From contig BROI01000010.1 in assembly GCA_027923505.1 (NCBI GenBank), forward strand, positions 434,001-498,000: a stretch of DNA of 64,000 nt, read 5' to 3'. The stretch's first letter is position 1; the number at the start of each line of letters is the position of its first letter. The stretch is from Mayamaea pseudoterrestris. Lineage: Eukaryota. Shown here one piece after another: positions 51,496 to 64,000 of this stretch. Under the pieces are notes generated by a model that saw only the letters and a list, made by a program, of their open reading frames with translations, was not told where the DNA came from and made no database searches. A program made the position numbers and the translations under genes.

Positions 51496-54400
51496 CAGGC
51501 AGTCCTTTTTGCACCATTTGAGACTCTGCACCTGTCAATGGCATACCCTGGACATGTTTTGCCTGACTCATTGGGTATTTGGGGGGCCAGGGCATGGGGC
51601 GTTTGACAGGGAAGAATCGACAACTCTATGGTGTTGGTGATACCCACAGTGGAGGCGCACCATGGTGTCAGCCTCCAGGCAGTCCTTTTGCACCATTTGG
51701 AGACTAGTGACTGTCAATGGCATACCCTGACATGTTTTGCCTAACTCCATTGGGCAGGCCAGGGGCATGGGGCTTGATTAGGAAGAATCTGCAACTTGTG
51801 GTGTTGGCCATACCCACAGTGGAAATACGTGACCATGTTTTCAGCCTCCAGGCAGTCCTTGCACATTGACTCTGCACCTGTCAATGGCATCCTGGACATG
51901 TTTTGTCTGACTCATTGGGTATTTGGGTGGCCGGGGCAGGGGCGTTTGACAGGGAATCGACAACTTGTGGTGTTGGCCAACCCACAGTGGAGGCCGCACC
52001 ATGGTGTCAGCCTCCAGGCAGTCCTTTGCACCTGAGACTGCACCCGTCAATGGCATACCCTGACATGCTTTGCCTGACTCATTGGGTATTTGGGTGGCCA
52101 GGGCATGGGGCGTTTGAAGGAGAATCGACAACTTGGGTGTTGGCCAACCCACCGTGGAGGCCGTACCCACGGTGTCAGCCTCCAGGCAGTCCTTTTTGCA
52201 CCATTTGAGACTCTGCACCTGTCAATGGCATACCCTGGACATGTTTTGCCTGACTCATTGGGTATTTGGGTGGCCAGGGCATGGGGAGTTTGACAGGGAA
52301 GAATCTGCAACTTGTGGTGTTGGCCATAACCCACCGTGGAGGCCGCACCCATGGTGTCAGCCCCAGGCAGTCCTTTTTTGCACCATTTGAGACTCCGCAC
52401 CTGTCAATGGCATACCCTGAACATGTTTTGGCCTGACTCATTGGGTATTTGGGTGGCCAGGGCATGGGGCGTTTGACAGGGAACGACAACTTGGGGTTGG
52501 CCAACCACCGGGAGGCCGGCTGGTGTCAGCCTCCAGGCAGTCCTTTTTGCACCATTTGAGACTCAAGCACCTGTCAATGGCATACCCTGGACATGTTTGG
52601 CCTGACCCACCGGGTATTTGGGTGGCCAGGGCAGGGCGTTGGACAGGCAGACAACTTTGGTGTTGGCCAACCCGACAGGGACCGCACCAGGTGTCGCCCG
52701 GATCCTTTGGCACCATTTGAGACTCTGCACCCGTCAGGCAGCCCTGACATGTTTGGCCTGACTCATTGGTATTTGGGCGGCGCAAGCATGGGGGCGCTTG
52801 ACGGGTCAGAACGACAACTTGGGGTGTTGACCCGTGGGAGGCCGAACCAGGTGCCAGCCAGGCAGTCCTTTTTGCACCATTTGAACTCTTGCACTCTGTC
52901 AATGGCATACTCCTGGACATGTTTGGCCAGACTCATTGATTTGGGTGGCAGGGCATGGGGCGCTTTGACAGGTCAGAATCGACAAGCCTGGGAGAAGGCC
53001 ATACCCATTTCACCCCCCCGGGAGGCCGCACCACGGGTCAGCCTCCAGGGCAGTCCTTTTTGCACCATTTGAGACTCTGCACTCAGCTGGTCGGCCCTGA
53101 CAGGTTGTAGCCTGCATTGGATGGTGGCCAGCATAGTGACAGGGTACAGAATCTGACAACTTGTGGTGTTGGCCATACCCACCGTGTGAGGCCGTACCCA
53201 TGGTGTCAGCCCCAGGCAGTCCTTGCACCATTTGAGACTCTGCACCTTGTCAATGGCATACCCTACTACGTTTGGCCTGACCTCCATTGGGCATTTGGGT
53301 GGCCACGGACAGCTGCCCAAAAGACCTGGGAGGCGAATACCCACCGTGGAGGCCTGTGTGCCAGCCTCCAGGCAGTTCCCAGCACCATGAGACTTTCAGA
53401 TTCCTGTCAATGGCATACCCTGGACATGTTTGCCTGACTCATTGGGTATTTGGGTGGCCAGGACGGGGGGCTGACCGCAGTAGAAACAAACTTGCGGTGT
53501 TGGTCATACTCCACCGTGGAGGCCGCATCATATGGTGCCAGCCTCCAGGCAGTCCTTTTTGCACCATTTGAACTCTGCACTCTGTCAATGGCATACCTCT
53601 GGACATGTTTTGGCTCTGACTCATTGGGTATTTGGGTGGCCAGGGCATGGGGCGTTGGACAGGTCACAATCGACAACTTGCGGTGTTGGCTAGCTCCACC
53701 GTGGGAGGCCGTACATGGGGTCCTTTGCAACCGGTCAATGGCAACCTACATGCTTGGCGACTCATTTATTTGGGTGGCCAGGCATGGGGCGTTTGACAGG
53801 TCAGAATCGACAACTTGTGGTGTTGACTATACCCACCGGTGGAGGCCGCACTCCATGGTGCCCCAGGCAGTCCTTTGCACCATTTGAACTCTTGCACGTC
53901 AATGGCATACCCTGGAGCACATGCTTGTGCCTGACTCATTGGGTATTTGGGTGACAGGGCATGTGGGCGTACAGGTCAGAATGATTAACTTGTGGTGTTG
54001 GCCATACCCACCGCGGGAGGCCGCACCCATGGTGCAGCCCCAGGCAGTCCTTGCACCATTTGAGACTCTGCACCTGTCAATGGCATACCCTGGACATGTT
54101 TTGGCCCGGTATTGGGGGCCAGGGCAGAAGGGCTTGACAGGTCAGAATCGACAACTTGTGGTGTTGGCTATGATCGGGGAGGCGGACTGGCCTGCAGGCA
54201 GTCCTTTGCACCATTTGAGACTTGCACCTGTCAATGGCATACCCTTGACATGTTTGGCCGGACTCATTGTGTATATGGGTGGCAGCAGGGGTGACAGGTC
54301 AAACCGACAACTTGTGGTGTTGGCCATGCTCCACCGTGGAGGCCGGACCCATGGCGTCAGCCTCCAGGCAGTCCTTTTTGCACCATTTGAGACTCTGCAC

Positions 54401-57400
54401 CTGTCAATGGCAAACCCCGACATGTTTGGACTGACTCATTGGGTATTTGGGGGGAGAGAAGGGCGCTGACAGGTCAGAACCGACAACTTGTGGGAGATAC
54501 ACCACCGTGGGAGGCCGTGAACTCACGGTGTCAGCCCCAGGGGCAGTCCTTTTGCACCATTTGAAACTCTCACCGGACAATGGCATACCCTGGACATGTT
54601 TGGCCTGACTCATCGGGTATTTGGGTGGCCAGGGCATGGGGCGCTGACAGGTCAGAACCGACAACTTGGTGGTGTTGGCCATACCCACTGCGAGGCCGGA
54701 CTCCATGGTGCCAGCTCCTTGTGGCAGTCTTGGTTATTTGAGAGACTCTGGCACCTAGTCAATAGCATCCCCTGACATGTTTTCGCATCTGGGACTCATT
54801 GGGTATTTGGGCTGGCCTGGGCATGGTAAAGGACAGGCAGAATCGACATCTTGTGGTGTTGGCTATACCCACCGTGGAGGCAACAAGGGTCAGCCTCCAG
54901 GCAGTCCTGCACCATTTGAGACTCTGCACCTGTCACATGTTTGGACTGACTCCATCGGGTGGAGCCAGGGCGCATGGTACGCAGAATCGATAACTCGGGT
55001 GTTGGCAGACCTCCACCGTGGAGGCTTCCGGACCCCATGGGTGTCAGCCCCAGGCAGTCCTTTTGGCAAACCATTTGAGACCTGCACCTGTCAATGGCAC
55101 ACCCTGACATGTTTGGCGGGACCTTGTACGCCAGGGCACAGGGGCGATGGGAAGAATCGACAACTCAGGTGTTAATACCCACCAGAGTCGTACTCCACGT
55201 GTCAGCCCAGGCAGTCCCTCTTGCACCATTTGAGACTCACCTGTCAATTGGGCCGACCATCGGGTATTTGGGTGGCCAGGGCATGGGCAAGTTGAACAGG
55301 CTGTGAACTGACAACTTGTGGTGGTGGCCAGGCCCACCGTAGGCCGTGCATCGCGGTGTCAGCCTCCCAGTGCACCATTTGAGCCCGTAAAGTCATTTGC
55401 ATACCCTAAGGGGTGTCATCTACCCATTGGTATTTGGGTGGCAAGGCATGGGGTGTTTGACAGGGAAAAGAAACACCAGGTGTGTAATACCCACCCCGGA
55501 GGCTGTACTCACGGCAGCCTCCAGGCAGTCCTCTTTGCACTCATTTGAGACTCTGCACCTGTCAATGGCATACCCTGACATGTTTTGGTCTGACTCATTG
55601 CATTTGGGGCCAGGATGGGGCGCTTGACAGGTCAGAATCGACAACTTGTGGGGCACATACCCACCGTGGAGGCTGCACACGGTGTCAGCCTCCAGGCAGT
55701 CCTTTGCACCTCACATTTGAGACTCACCCAGTCCCACATGTTTTGCCTGACCGGGTATTTGGGGTGGCCAGGGGGACAGAATCGACAACTTGTGGTGTTG
55801 GCTATACCCACCGGAGTCGCACTATGGTGTCAGCCTAGGCAGTCCTTTTGTAATCATTTACTCTGCACCTGTCAATGGCATACTCTTAAATAATGTTTGG
55901 CCTGACTCATTGGGTATTTGGGGTGGCCAGGCATGGGGCGTTTGACAGGAAGAATCGTGTCCCAGGTGTTGGCCATACTCCACCGGAGGCCAGACGTGCC
56001 AGCCTAGCAGTCTTGCACCATTTGAGACCACCACAATGGCATACCTGATATGTTTCCATCGACCCATTGCATTCAGATACTTTACAAGTACAAATGGGCT
56101 TGACAGGTCAGACCTAGACAACTTGTGGTGTTGGCTATACCCACCATAGAGGCCGTAATTCATGAAGTCATAGCCTAGGCAGTCCTTTTGCACCATTTGA
56201 GACTCAATCTATTCATGGCATACTGGCGATATGTTGGCCCTGAATCAGATTGACTGGGGGGGTGTAAATTGACAGGCAGAATCGACAACTTGTAAACACA
56301 TAGCCCACCGTAGTGTACTGATGGTGTCAGCCCCAGGCAGTCCTTTTGCACCAGCTGAGACTCTGTACTGTCACAAATACCCTGGGACAGTGTTTGGCCT
56401 GGATCTCATTGTATTTGGGCTGCCAGGCATAATGACAGGTTAGAATCGACAACTTGTAGGTTGGCACATACCATCGTGGGAGGAGCGTGTCAGCCTCCAG
56501 CAGTCCTTTGCATCATGAGACTCTGCACCTGTCAATGGCATACTTGACATGTTTTACCTGACTCATGGTAATTGGGTGGCCAGGCATGTGGCAAGGTCAA
56601 TCTGCAACTTGTGGTAGTTGGCCAACCCACTGCGGAGGTCAGACTATATGGTGTCAGCCTCGGCAGTCTCAGCACTGAGATTCTCAGACGTCAATGAAAA
56701 GCACCCTGACATGTTTACCTGTCATTGCTAGTTGCAGGGCATACACAGATTGACAACTGGGGGGACTATTCCACGAGGCGCATCCAGCGGTGTCAGCCTC
56801 CAGGCAGTGCAATATTTATCTCTGCACCCAAGTCAATCAGTTAGGTTCTGACTCATTGGGTATGGTGTCACCAGGCATGTGGGGCGTTGGAGCAGAGTAT
56901 TAGAAGATGTAGGCTAATATACCCACCGTGGAGGCCGTACTCCATGGTGTCAGCCTCCAGGCAGTCCTTTTGCACCATTTGAGACTCTGCACCCACAATG
57001 CATGCCTGGAGCCATGTTTGGCTCAGATTCATTGGATTTGGGTGGCTAGGCATAATGTACAGGCAGAATGAAATTTGTAGTACACACAGTCCTGTGAGCT
57101 GGCGTGTCAGCCTCAGGCAGTCCTTTTGCACTATTTGAGACTCTGTACCTGTCAATTACAATTCCTATATCACCGACTTCATTGGCAGGGTGCTGTAGAA
57201 TGGGTTATGTTTGACAGGTCAGAATTGACAATCCTGTGGTGTTGGCCAGATCACACTGTGGGAGGCTGTACCCATGGTGTCAGCGCAGTCCTTTTGCACC
57301 ATTTGAGACTCTGCACCTGTCAATTACACCTATATGGCCTTTGCCTGACTCTTATTTCAAGGCCAGGGGCAGGGGGTGACAGTGGAAGGATCTGCACACT

Positions 57401-58147
57401 TGTGGTGTTGGCTATACCCACAGTGGAGGCCGCATCTATGTTTTCAGCCCAGGCAGTGTCTGCACCATTTGAGACTCTGCACCCAATAATGGCATCCCCA
57501 GCAAGTGTTTGGCCTGACTCATTGGGTACGCAGGCCAGGCATGGGGCGTTTGACAGGAAGAATTTATAACTTGTGGTGTTGGCCATACCCACCGTGGAGG
57601 CCATACCTGCTGGTGTCCTCAGGCAGTCTGAAATCATTTGAGACTCTGCACCTGTCACTGCATACCCTGACATGTTTTGCCTGGGACCTCCATCAGAGCT
57701 GGGTACTACATGGGGCATTTGGCAAAGAATCGACACCTCTGTGGTGTTGGCCATACCCACCGGTGGAGGCCATCTGCGGTGTCAGCCTCCAGGCAGTCCT
57801 TGCACCATTTGGAGACTCACTGTCAATGGCATACCCTGGACAATATCAGTCTGACTCATTTATTTGGGTGGCCAGGCATGGGGGCGGACAGATCAGAATT
57901 GACAATCTCAGGCGTTGGCTATACTCCACCGTAGGCTGCATCAGTGGTGTTGTGGCCTCTGGCAGTCTTTTTGCACCATTTGAGACTATGCACCTGTCAA
58001 TGGCATACCCTGGACATGTTTGGCCTGACTCATTGGGTATTTAAGTGGCCAGGGCATGGGGCGTTTGACAGGTCAGAATCGACAACTTGTTGTGTTGGCC
58101 ATACCCACCGTGGAGGCCGTACCTTGGTGTCAGCCCAGGCAGTCCTT
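51496..58147 (-). repeat. Satellite B, inverted and more divergent block
   Basis: The reverse complement of the B unit (CAGGCAGTCCTTTTTGCACCATTTGAGACTCTGCACCTGTCAATGGCATACCC...) runs from 51496 to the satellite C junction. Confidence 0.95.
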
Positions 58148-61100
58148 GGTGACAAGTTGTCACCAATATCATTGCCGTCCCCTGAGACACTAGCCAGGCA
58201 TACCATCTTGTAGCGCAATTTGAATAATGATGTTGGCACCATTCTGGTGTCATTTGGGTGTATACATGGCCTGCTGTACGGTAGGGGCGTTTGAATGTCA
58301 CGGCATCTGCAGGCTGAGACTGGTGACAAGTTGTCACCAATATCATTGCCGTCCCCTGAGACACTAGCCAGGCATACCATCTTGTAGCGCAGCCTGAATA
58401 ATGATGTTGGCACCATTCTGGTGTCATTTGGTTGTATACATGGCCTGCTGTAGGGGCGTTTGAATGTCACGGCATCTGCAGGCTGAGACTGGTGACAAGT
58501 TGTCACCAATATCATTGCCATCCCCTTAGACAATAGCCAGGCATACCATCTTGTAGGGCAGCTTGAATAGTGATGTTGGCAATATTCTGGTGACATTTGG
58601 GTGTAAACATGGCCTGCTGTAGGGGTGTTTGAATGTCAAGGCATCCGCGGGCTGAGACTGGTGACAAGTTGTCACCAATATCATTGCCGTCCCCTGAGAC
58701 ACTAGCCAGGGCATACCATCTTGTAGGGCAGCTTGAATAATGATATTGGCAATATTCTGGTGACATTTGGGTGTATACATGGCCTGCTGTAGGGGCGTTT
58801 GAATGTCACGGCATCTGCAGGCTGAGACTGGTGACAAGTTGTCACCAATATCATTGCCATCCCCTGAGACACTAGCCAGGTTTACTATCTTGTTGCGCAG
58901 CCTGAATAATGATGTTGGCACCATTCTGGTGTCATTTGGGTGTATACATGGCCTGCTGTAGGGGCGTTTGAATGTCACGGCATCTGCGGGCTGAGACTGG
59001 TGACAAGTTGTCACCAATATCATTGCCATCCCCTGAGACACTAACCAGGCATACCATCTTGTAGCGCAGCCTGACTAATGATGTTGGCACCATTCTGGTG
59101 TCATTTGGGTGTATACAGGGCTTGCTGTAGGGGCGTTTGAATGTCACGGCATCTGCGGGCTGAGACTGGTGACAAGTTGTCACCAATATCATTACCGTCC
59201 CCTGAGACACTAGCCAGGCATACCATCTTGTAGGGCAGCTTGAATAATGATATTGGCAATATTCTGGTGACATTTGGGTATATACCTGGCCTGCTGTAGG
59301 GGCGTTTGAATGTCACGGCATCTGCGGGCTGAGACTGGTGACAAGTTGTCACCAATATCATTGCTGTCCCCTGAGACACTAGCCAGGCATACCATCTTGT
59401 AGGGCAGCTTGAATAATGATATTGGCAATATTCTGGTGACATTTGGGTATATACCTGGCCTGCTGTAGGGGCGTTTAAATGTCACGGCATCTGCAGGCTG
59501 AGACTGGTGACAAGTTGTCACCAATATCATTGCCATCCCCTGAGACACTAGCCAGGTATACCATCTTGTAGCGCAGCCTGAATAATGATGTTGGCACCAT
59601 TCTGGTGTATTTTGGGCACCTACAGGGCTTACTGTAGGGGCGTTTGAATGTCACGGCATCTGCGGGCTGAGACTGGTGACAAGTTGTCACCAATATCATT
59701 GCCGTCCCCTGAGACACTAGCCAGGCATACCATCTTGTAGCGCAGCCTGAATAATGATGTTGGCACCATTCTGGTGTCATTTGGGTGTATACATGGCCTG
59801 CTGTAGGGGCGTTTGAATGTCACGGCATCTGCAGGCTGAGACTGGTGACAAGTTGTCACCAATATCATTGCCATCCCCTGAGACACTAGCCAGGCATACC
59901 ATCTTGTAGCGCAGCCTGAATAATGATGTTGGCACCATTCTGGTGTCATTTGGGTGTATACATGGCCTGCTGTAGGGGCGTTTGAATGTCACGGCATCTG
60001 CAGGCTGAGACTGGTGACAAGTTGTCACCAATATCATTGCCGTCCCCTGAGACACTAGCCAGGCATACCATCTTGTAGCGCAGCCTGAATAATGATGTTG
60101 GCACCATTCTGGTGTCATTTGGGTGTATACATGGCCTGCTGTAGGGGCGTTTGAATGTCACGGCATCTGCAGGCTGAGACTGGTGACAAGTTGTCACCAA
60201 TATCATTGCCGTCCCCTGAGACACTAGCCAGGCATACCATCTTGTAGCGCAGCCTGAATAATGATGTTGGCACCATTCTGGTGTCATTTGGGCACCTACA
60301 GGGCCTGCTGTAGGGGCGTTTGAATGTCACGGCATCTGCGGGCTGAGACTGGTGACAAGTTGTCACCAATATCATTGCCGTCCCCTGAGACACTAGCCAG
60401 GCATACCATCTTGTAGCGCAGCCTGAATAATGATGTTGGCACCATTCTGGTGTCATTTGGGTGTATACATGGCCTGCTGTAGGGGCGTTTGAATGTCACG
60501 GCATCTGCAGGCTGAGACTGGTGACAAGTTGTCACCAATATCATTGCCGTCCCCTGAGACAATAGCTAGGCATACCATCTTGTAGCGCAGCCTGAATAAT
60601 GATGTTGGCACCATTCTGGTGTCATTTGGGTGTATACATGGCCTGCTGTAGGGGCGTTTGAATGTCACGGCATCTGCAGGCTGAGACTGGTGACAAGTTG
60701 TCACCAATATCATTGCCATCCCCTGAGACACTAGCCAGGCATACCATCTTGTAGCGCAGCTTGAATAATGATGTTGGCAATTTTCTGGTGACATTTGGGT
60801 ATACACATGGCCTGCTGTAGGGGCGTTTGAATGTCACGGCATCCGCGGGCTGAGACTGGTGACAAGTTGTCACCAATATCATTGCCGTCCCCTGAGACAC
60901 TAGCCAGGCATACCATCTTGTAGCGCAGCCTGAATAATGATGTTGGCACCATTCTGGTGTCATTTGGGTGTATACATGGCCTGCTGTAGGGGCGTTTGAA
61001 TGTCACGGCATCTGCAGGCTGAGACTGGTGACAAGTTGTCACCAATATCATTGCCGTCCCCTGAGACACTAGCCAGGCATACCATCTTGTAGCGCAGCCT

Positions 61101-64000
61101 GAATAATGATGTTGGCACCATTCTGGTGTCATTTGGGTGTATACATGGCCTGCTGTAGGGGCGTTTGAATGTCACGGCATCTGCAGGCTGAGACTGGTGA
61201 CAAGTTGTCACCAATATCATTGCCGTCCCCTGAGACACTAGCCAGGCATACCATCTTGTAGCGCAGCCTGAATAATGATGTTGGCACCATTCTGGTGTCA
61301 TTTGGGTGTATACATGGCCTGCTGTAGGGGCGTTTGAATGTCACGGCATCTGCAGGCTGAGACTGGTGACAAGTTGTCACCAATATCATTGCCGTCCCCT
61401 GAGACACTAGCCAGGCATACCATCTTGTAGCGCAGCCTGAATAATGATGTTGGCACCATTCTGGTGTCATTTGGGTGTATACATGGCCTGCTGTAGGGGC
61501 GTTTGAATGTCACGGCATCTGCAGGCTGAGACTGGTGACAAGTTGTCACCAATATCATTGCCGTCCCCTGAGACACTAGCCAGGCATACCATCTTGTAGC
61601 GCAGCCTGAATAATGATGTTGGCACCATTCTGGTGTCATTTGGGTGTATACATGGCCTGCTGTAGGGGCGTTTGAATGTCACGGCATCTGCGGGCTGAGA
61701 CTGGTGACAAGTTGTCACCAATATCATTGCCGTCCCCTGAGACACTAGCCAGGCATACCATCTTGTAGCGCAGCCTGAATAATGATGTTGGCACCATTCT
61801 GGTGTCATTTGGGTGTATACATGGCCTGCTGTAGGGGCATTTGAATGTCACGGCATCTGCAGGCTGAGACTGGTGACAAGTTGTCACCAATATCATTGCC
61901 GTCCCCTGAGACACTAGCCAGGCATACCATCTTGTAGCGCAGCCTGAATAATGATGTTGGCACCATTCTGGTGTATTTTGGGCACCTACAGGGCCTGCTG
62001 TAGGGGCGTTTGAATGTCACGGCATCTGCAGGCTGAGACTGGTGACAAGTTGTCACCAATATCATTGCCGTCCCCTGAGACACTAGCCAGGCATACCATC
62101 TTGTAGCGCAGCCTGAATAATGATGTTGGCACCATTCTGGTGTCATTTGGGTGTATACATGGCCTGCTGTAGGGGCGTTTGAATGTCACGGCATCTGCAG
62201 GCTGAGACTGGTGACAAGTTGTCACCAATATCATTGCCGTCCCCTGAGACACTAGCCAGGCATACCATCTTGTAGCGCAGCCTGAATAATGATGTTGGCA
62301 CCATTATGGTGTCGTTTTGGGTCGTACAGGGCCTGCTGTAGGGGCGTTTGAATGTCACGGCATCTGCAGGCTGAGACTGGTGACAAGTTGTCACCAATAT
62401 CATTGCCGTCCCCTGAGACACTAGCCAGGCATACCATCTTGTAGCGCAGCCTGAATAATGATGTTGGCACCATTCTGGTGTCATTTGGGTGTATACATGG
62501 CCTGCTGTAGGGGCGTTTGAATGTCACGGCATCTGCAGGCTGAGACTGGTGACAAGTTGTCACCAATATCATTGCCGTCCCCTGAGACACTAGCCAGGCA
62601 TACCATCTTGTTGCGCAGCCTGAATAATGATGTTGGCACCATTCTGGTGTCATTTGGGTGTATACATGGCCTGCTGTAGGGGCGTTTGAATGTCACGGCA
62701 TCTGCGGGCTGAGACTGGTGACAAGTTGTCACCAATATCATTGCCGTCCCCTGAGACACTAGCCAGGCATACCATCTTGTAGCGCAGCCTGAATAATGAT
62801 GTTGGCACCATTCTGGTGTCATTTGGGTGTATACATGGCCTGCTGTAGGGGCGTTTGAATGTCACGGCATCTGCAGGCTGAGACTGGTGACAAGTTGTCA
62901 CCAATATCATTACCGTCCCCTGAGACACTAGCCAGGCATACCATCTTGTAGCGCAGCCTGAATAATGATGTTGGCACCATTCTGGTGTATTTTGGGCACC
63001 TACAGGGCCTGCTGTAGGGGCGTTTGAATGTCACGGCATCTGCAGGCTGAGACTGGTGACAAGTTGTCACCAATATCATTGCCGTCCCCTGAGACACTAG
63101 CCAGGCATACCATCTTGTTGCGCAGCCTGAATAATGATGTTGGCACCATTCTGGTGTCATTTGGGTGTATACATGGCCTGCTGTAGGGGCGTTTGAATGT
63201 CACGGCATCTGCAGGCTGAGACTGGTGACAAGTTGTCACCAATATCATTGCCGTCCCCTGAGACACTAGCCAGGCATACCATCTTGTTGCGCAGCCTGAA
63301 TAATGATGTTGGCACCATTCTGGTGTCATTTGGGTGTATACATGGCCTGCTGTAGGGGCGTTTGAATGTCACGGCATCTGCAGGCTGAGACTGGTGACAA
63401 GTTGTCACCAATATCATTGCCGTCCCCTGAGACACTAGCCAGGCATACCATCTTGTAGCGCAGCCTGAATAATGATGTTGGCACCATTCTGGTGTCATTT
63501 GGGTGTCTACAGGGCCTGCTGTAGGGGCGTTTGAATGTCACGGCATCTGCAGGCTGAGACTGGTGACAAGTTGTCACCAATATCATTGCCGTCCCCTGAG
63601 ACACTAGCCAGGCATACCATCTTGTAGCGCAGCCTGAATAATGATGTTGGCACCATTCTGGTGTCATTTGGGCACCTACAGGGCCTGCTGTAGGGGCGTT
63701 TGAATGTCACGGCATCTGCGGGCTGAGACTGGTGACAAGTTGTCACCAATATCATTGCCGTCCCCTGAGACACTAGCCAGGCATACCATCTTGTAGCGCA
63801 GCCTGAATAATGATGTTGGCACCATTCTGGTGACATTTGGGTATATTCATGGCCTGCTGTAGGGGCGTTTGAATGTCACGGCATCTGCAGGCTGAGACTG
63901 GTGACAAGTTGTCACCAATATCATTGCCGTCCCCTGAGACACTAGCCAGGCATACCATCTTGTAGCGCAGCCTGAATAATGATGTTGGCACCATTCTGGT
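58147..64000 (+). repeat. Satellite C: tandem 169-bp monomer, >34 copies, runs off the window end
   Basis: Unit TGGTGACAAGTTGTCACCAATATCATTGCCGTCCCCTGAGACACTAGCCAGGCATACC... with an exact 169-bp period (ORFs at 60960, 61129, 61298, 61467) and almost no indels. Confidence 0.98.

Noticed and set aside
37231..63994. ORFs up to 343 aa in satellites B and C
   Set aside because: They are frame-cycling translations of tandem monomers, and indels in B ignore the reading frame.
58147..64000. CRISPR-like array (regularly spaced palindromic repeat)
   Set aside because: The sequence between palindromes is the same in every unit, so there are no unique spacers. There are no cas genes and the context is eukaryotic.
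17250..64000. Tandem 5S rRNA, tRNA or snRNA gene arrays as the identity of the monomers
   Set aside because: I could not recognise 5S, tRNA cloverleaf or Sm-site features in any monomer. An Rfam scan would be needed to exclude this formally.

Overview
This is a eukaryotic window, most likely a diatom or other stramenopile. That is inferred from compact genes with ~70-90 bp introns and from Ty1/copia elements of the diatom (CoDi) type. Positions 1-17.2 kb are gene-dense: a RecQ4-like helicase with GRF-zinc-finger and SAP domains, a CNNM/DUF21 metal transporter, signal peptidase subunit SPC12, an HMG-box protein, NOP14 with a Tudor-like insert, a frameshifted NUF2 and a frameshifted TKL/Raf-like kinase. 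Positions 17.25-64 kb have no recognisable host genes and form a heterochromatin-like mosaic. It consists of satellite A (181 bp, ~48 copies), a tandem Copia retrotransposon (internal-LTR-internal-LTR, RT core deleted) inserted in an older Copia fossil, satellite B (~181 bp, with two block duplications and a strand inversion at ~51.49 kb) and satellite C (169 bp, homogeneous, one 19-bp palindrome per unit). The three nucleosome-sized satellites share motifs and are a candidate satellite-type (peri)centromere or other heterochromatin domain. Many indels and some duplications may be long-read assembly artefacts. Repeat and degenerate-gene boundaries are approximate.
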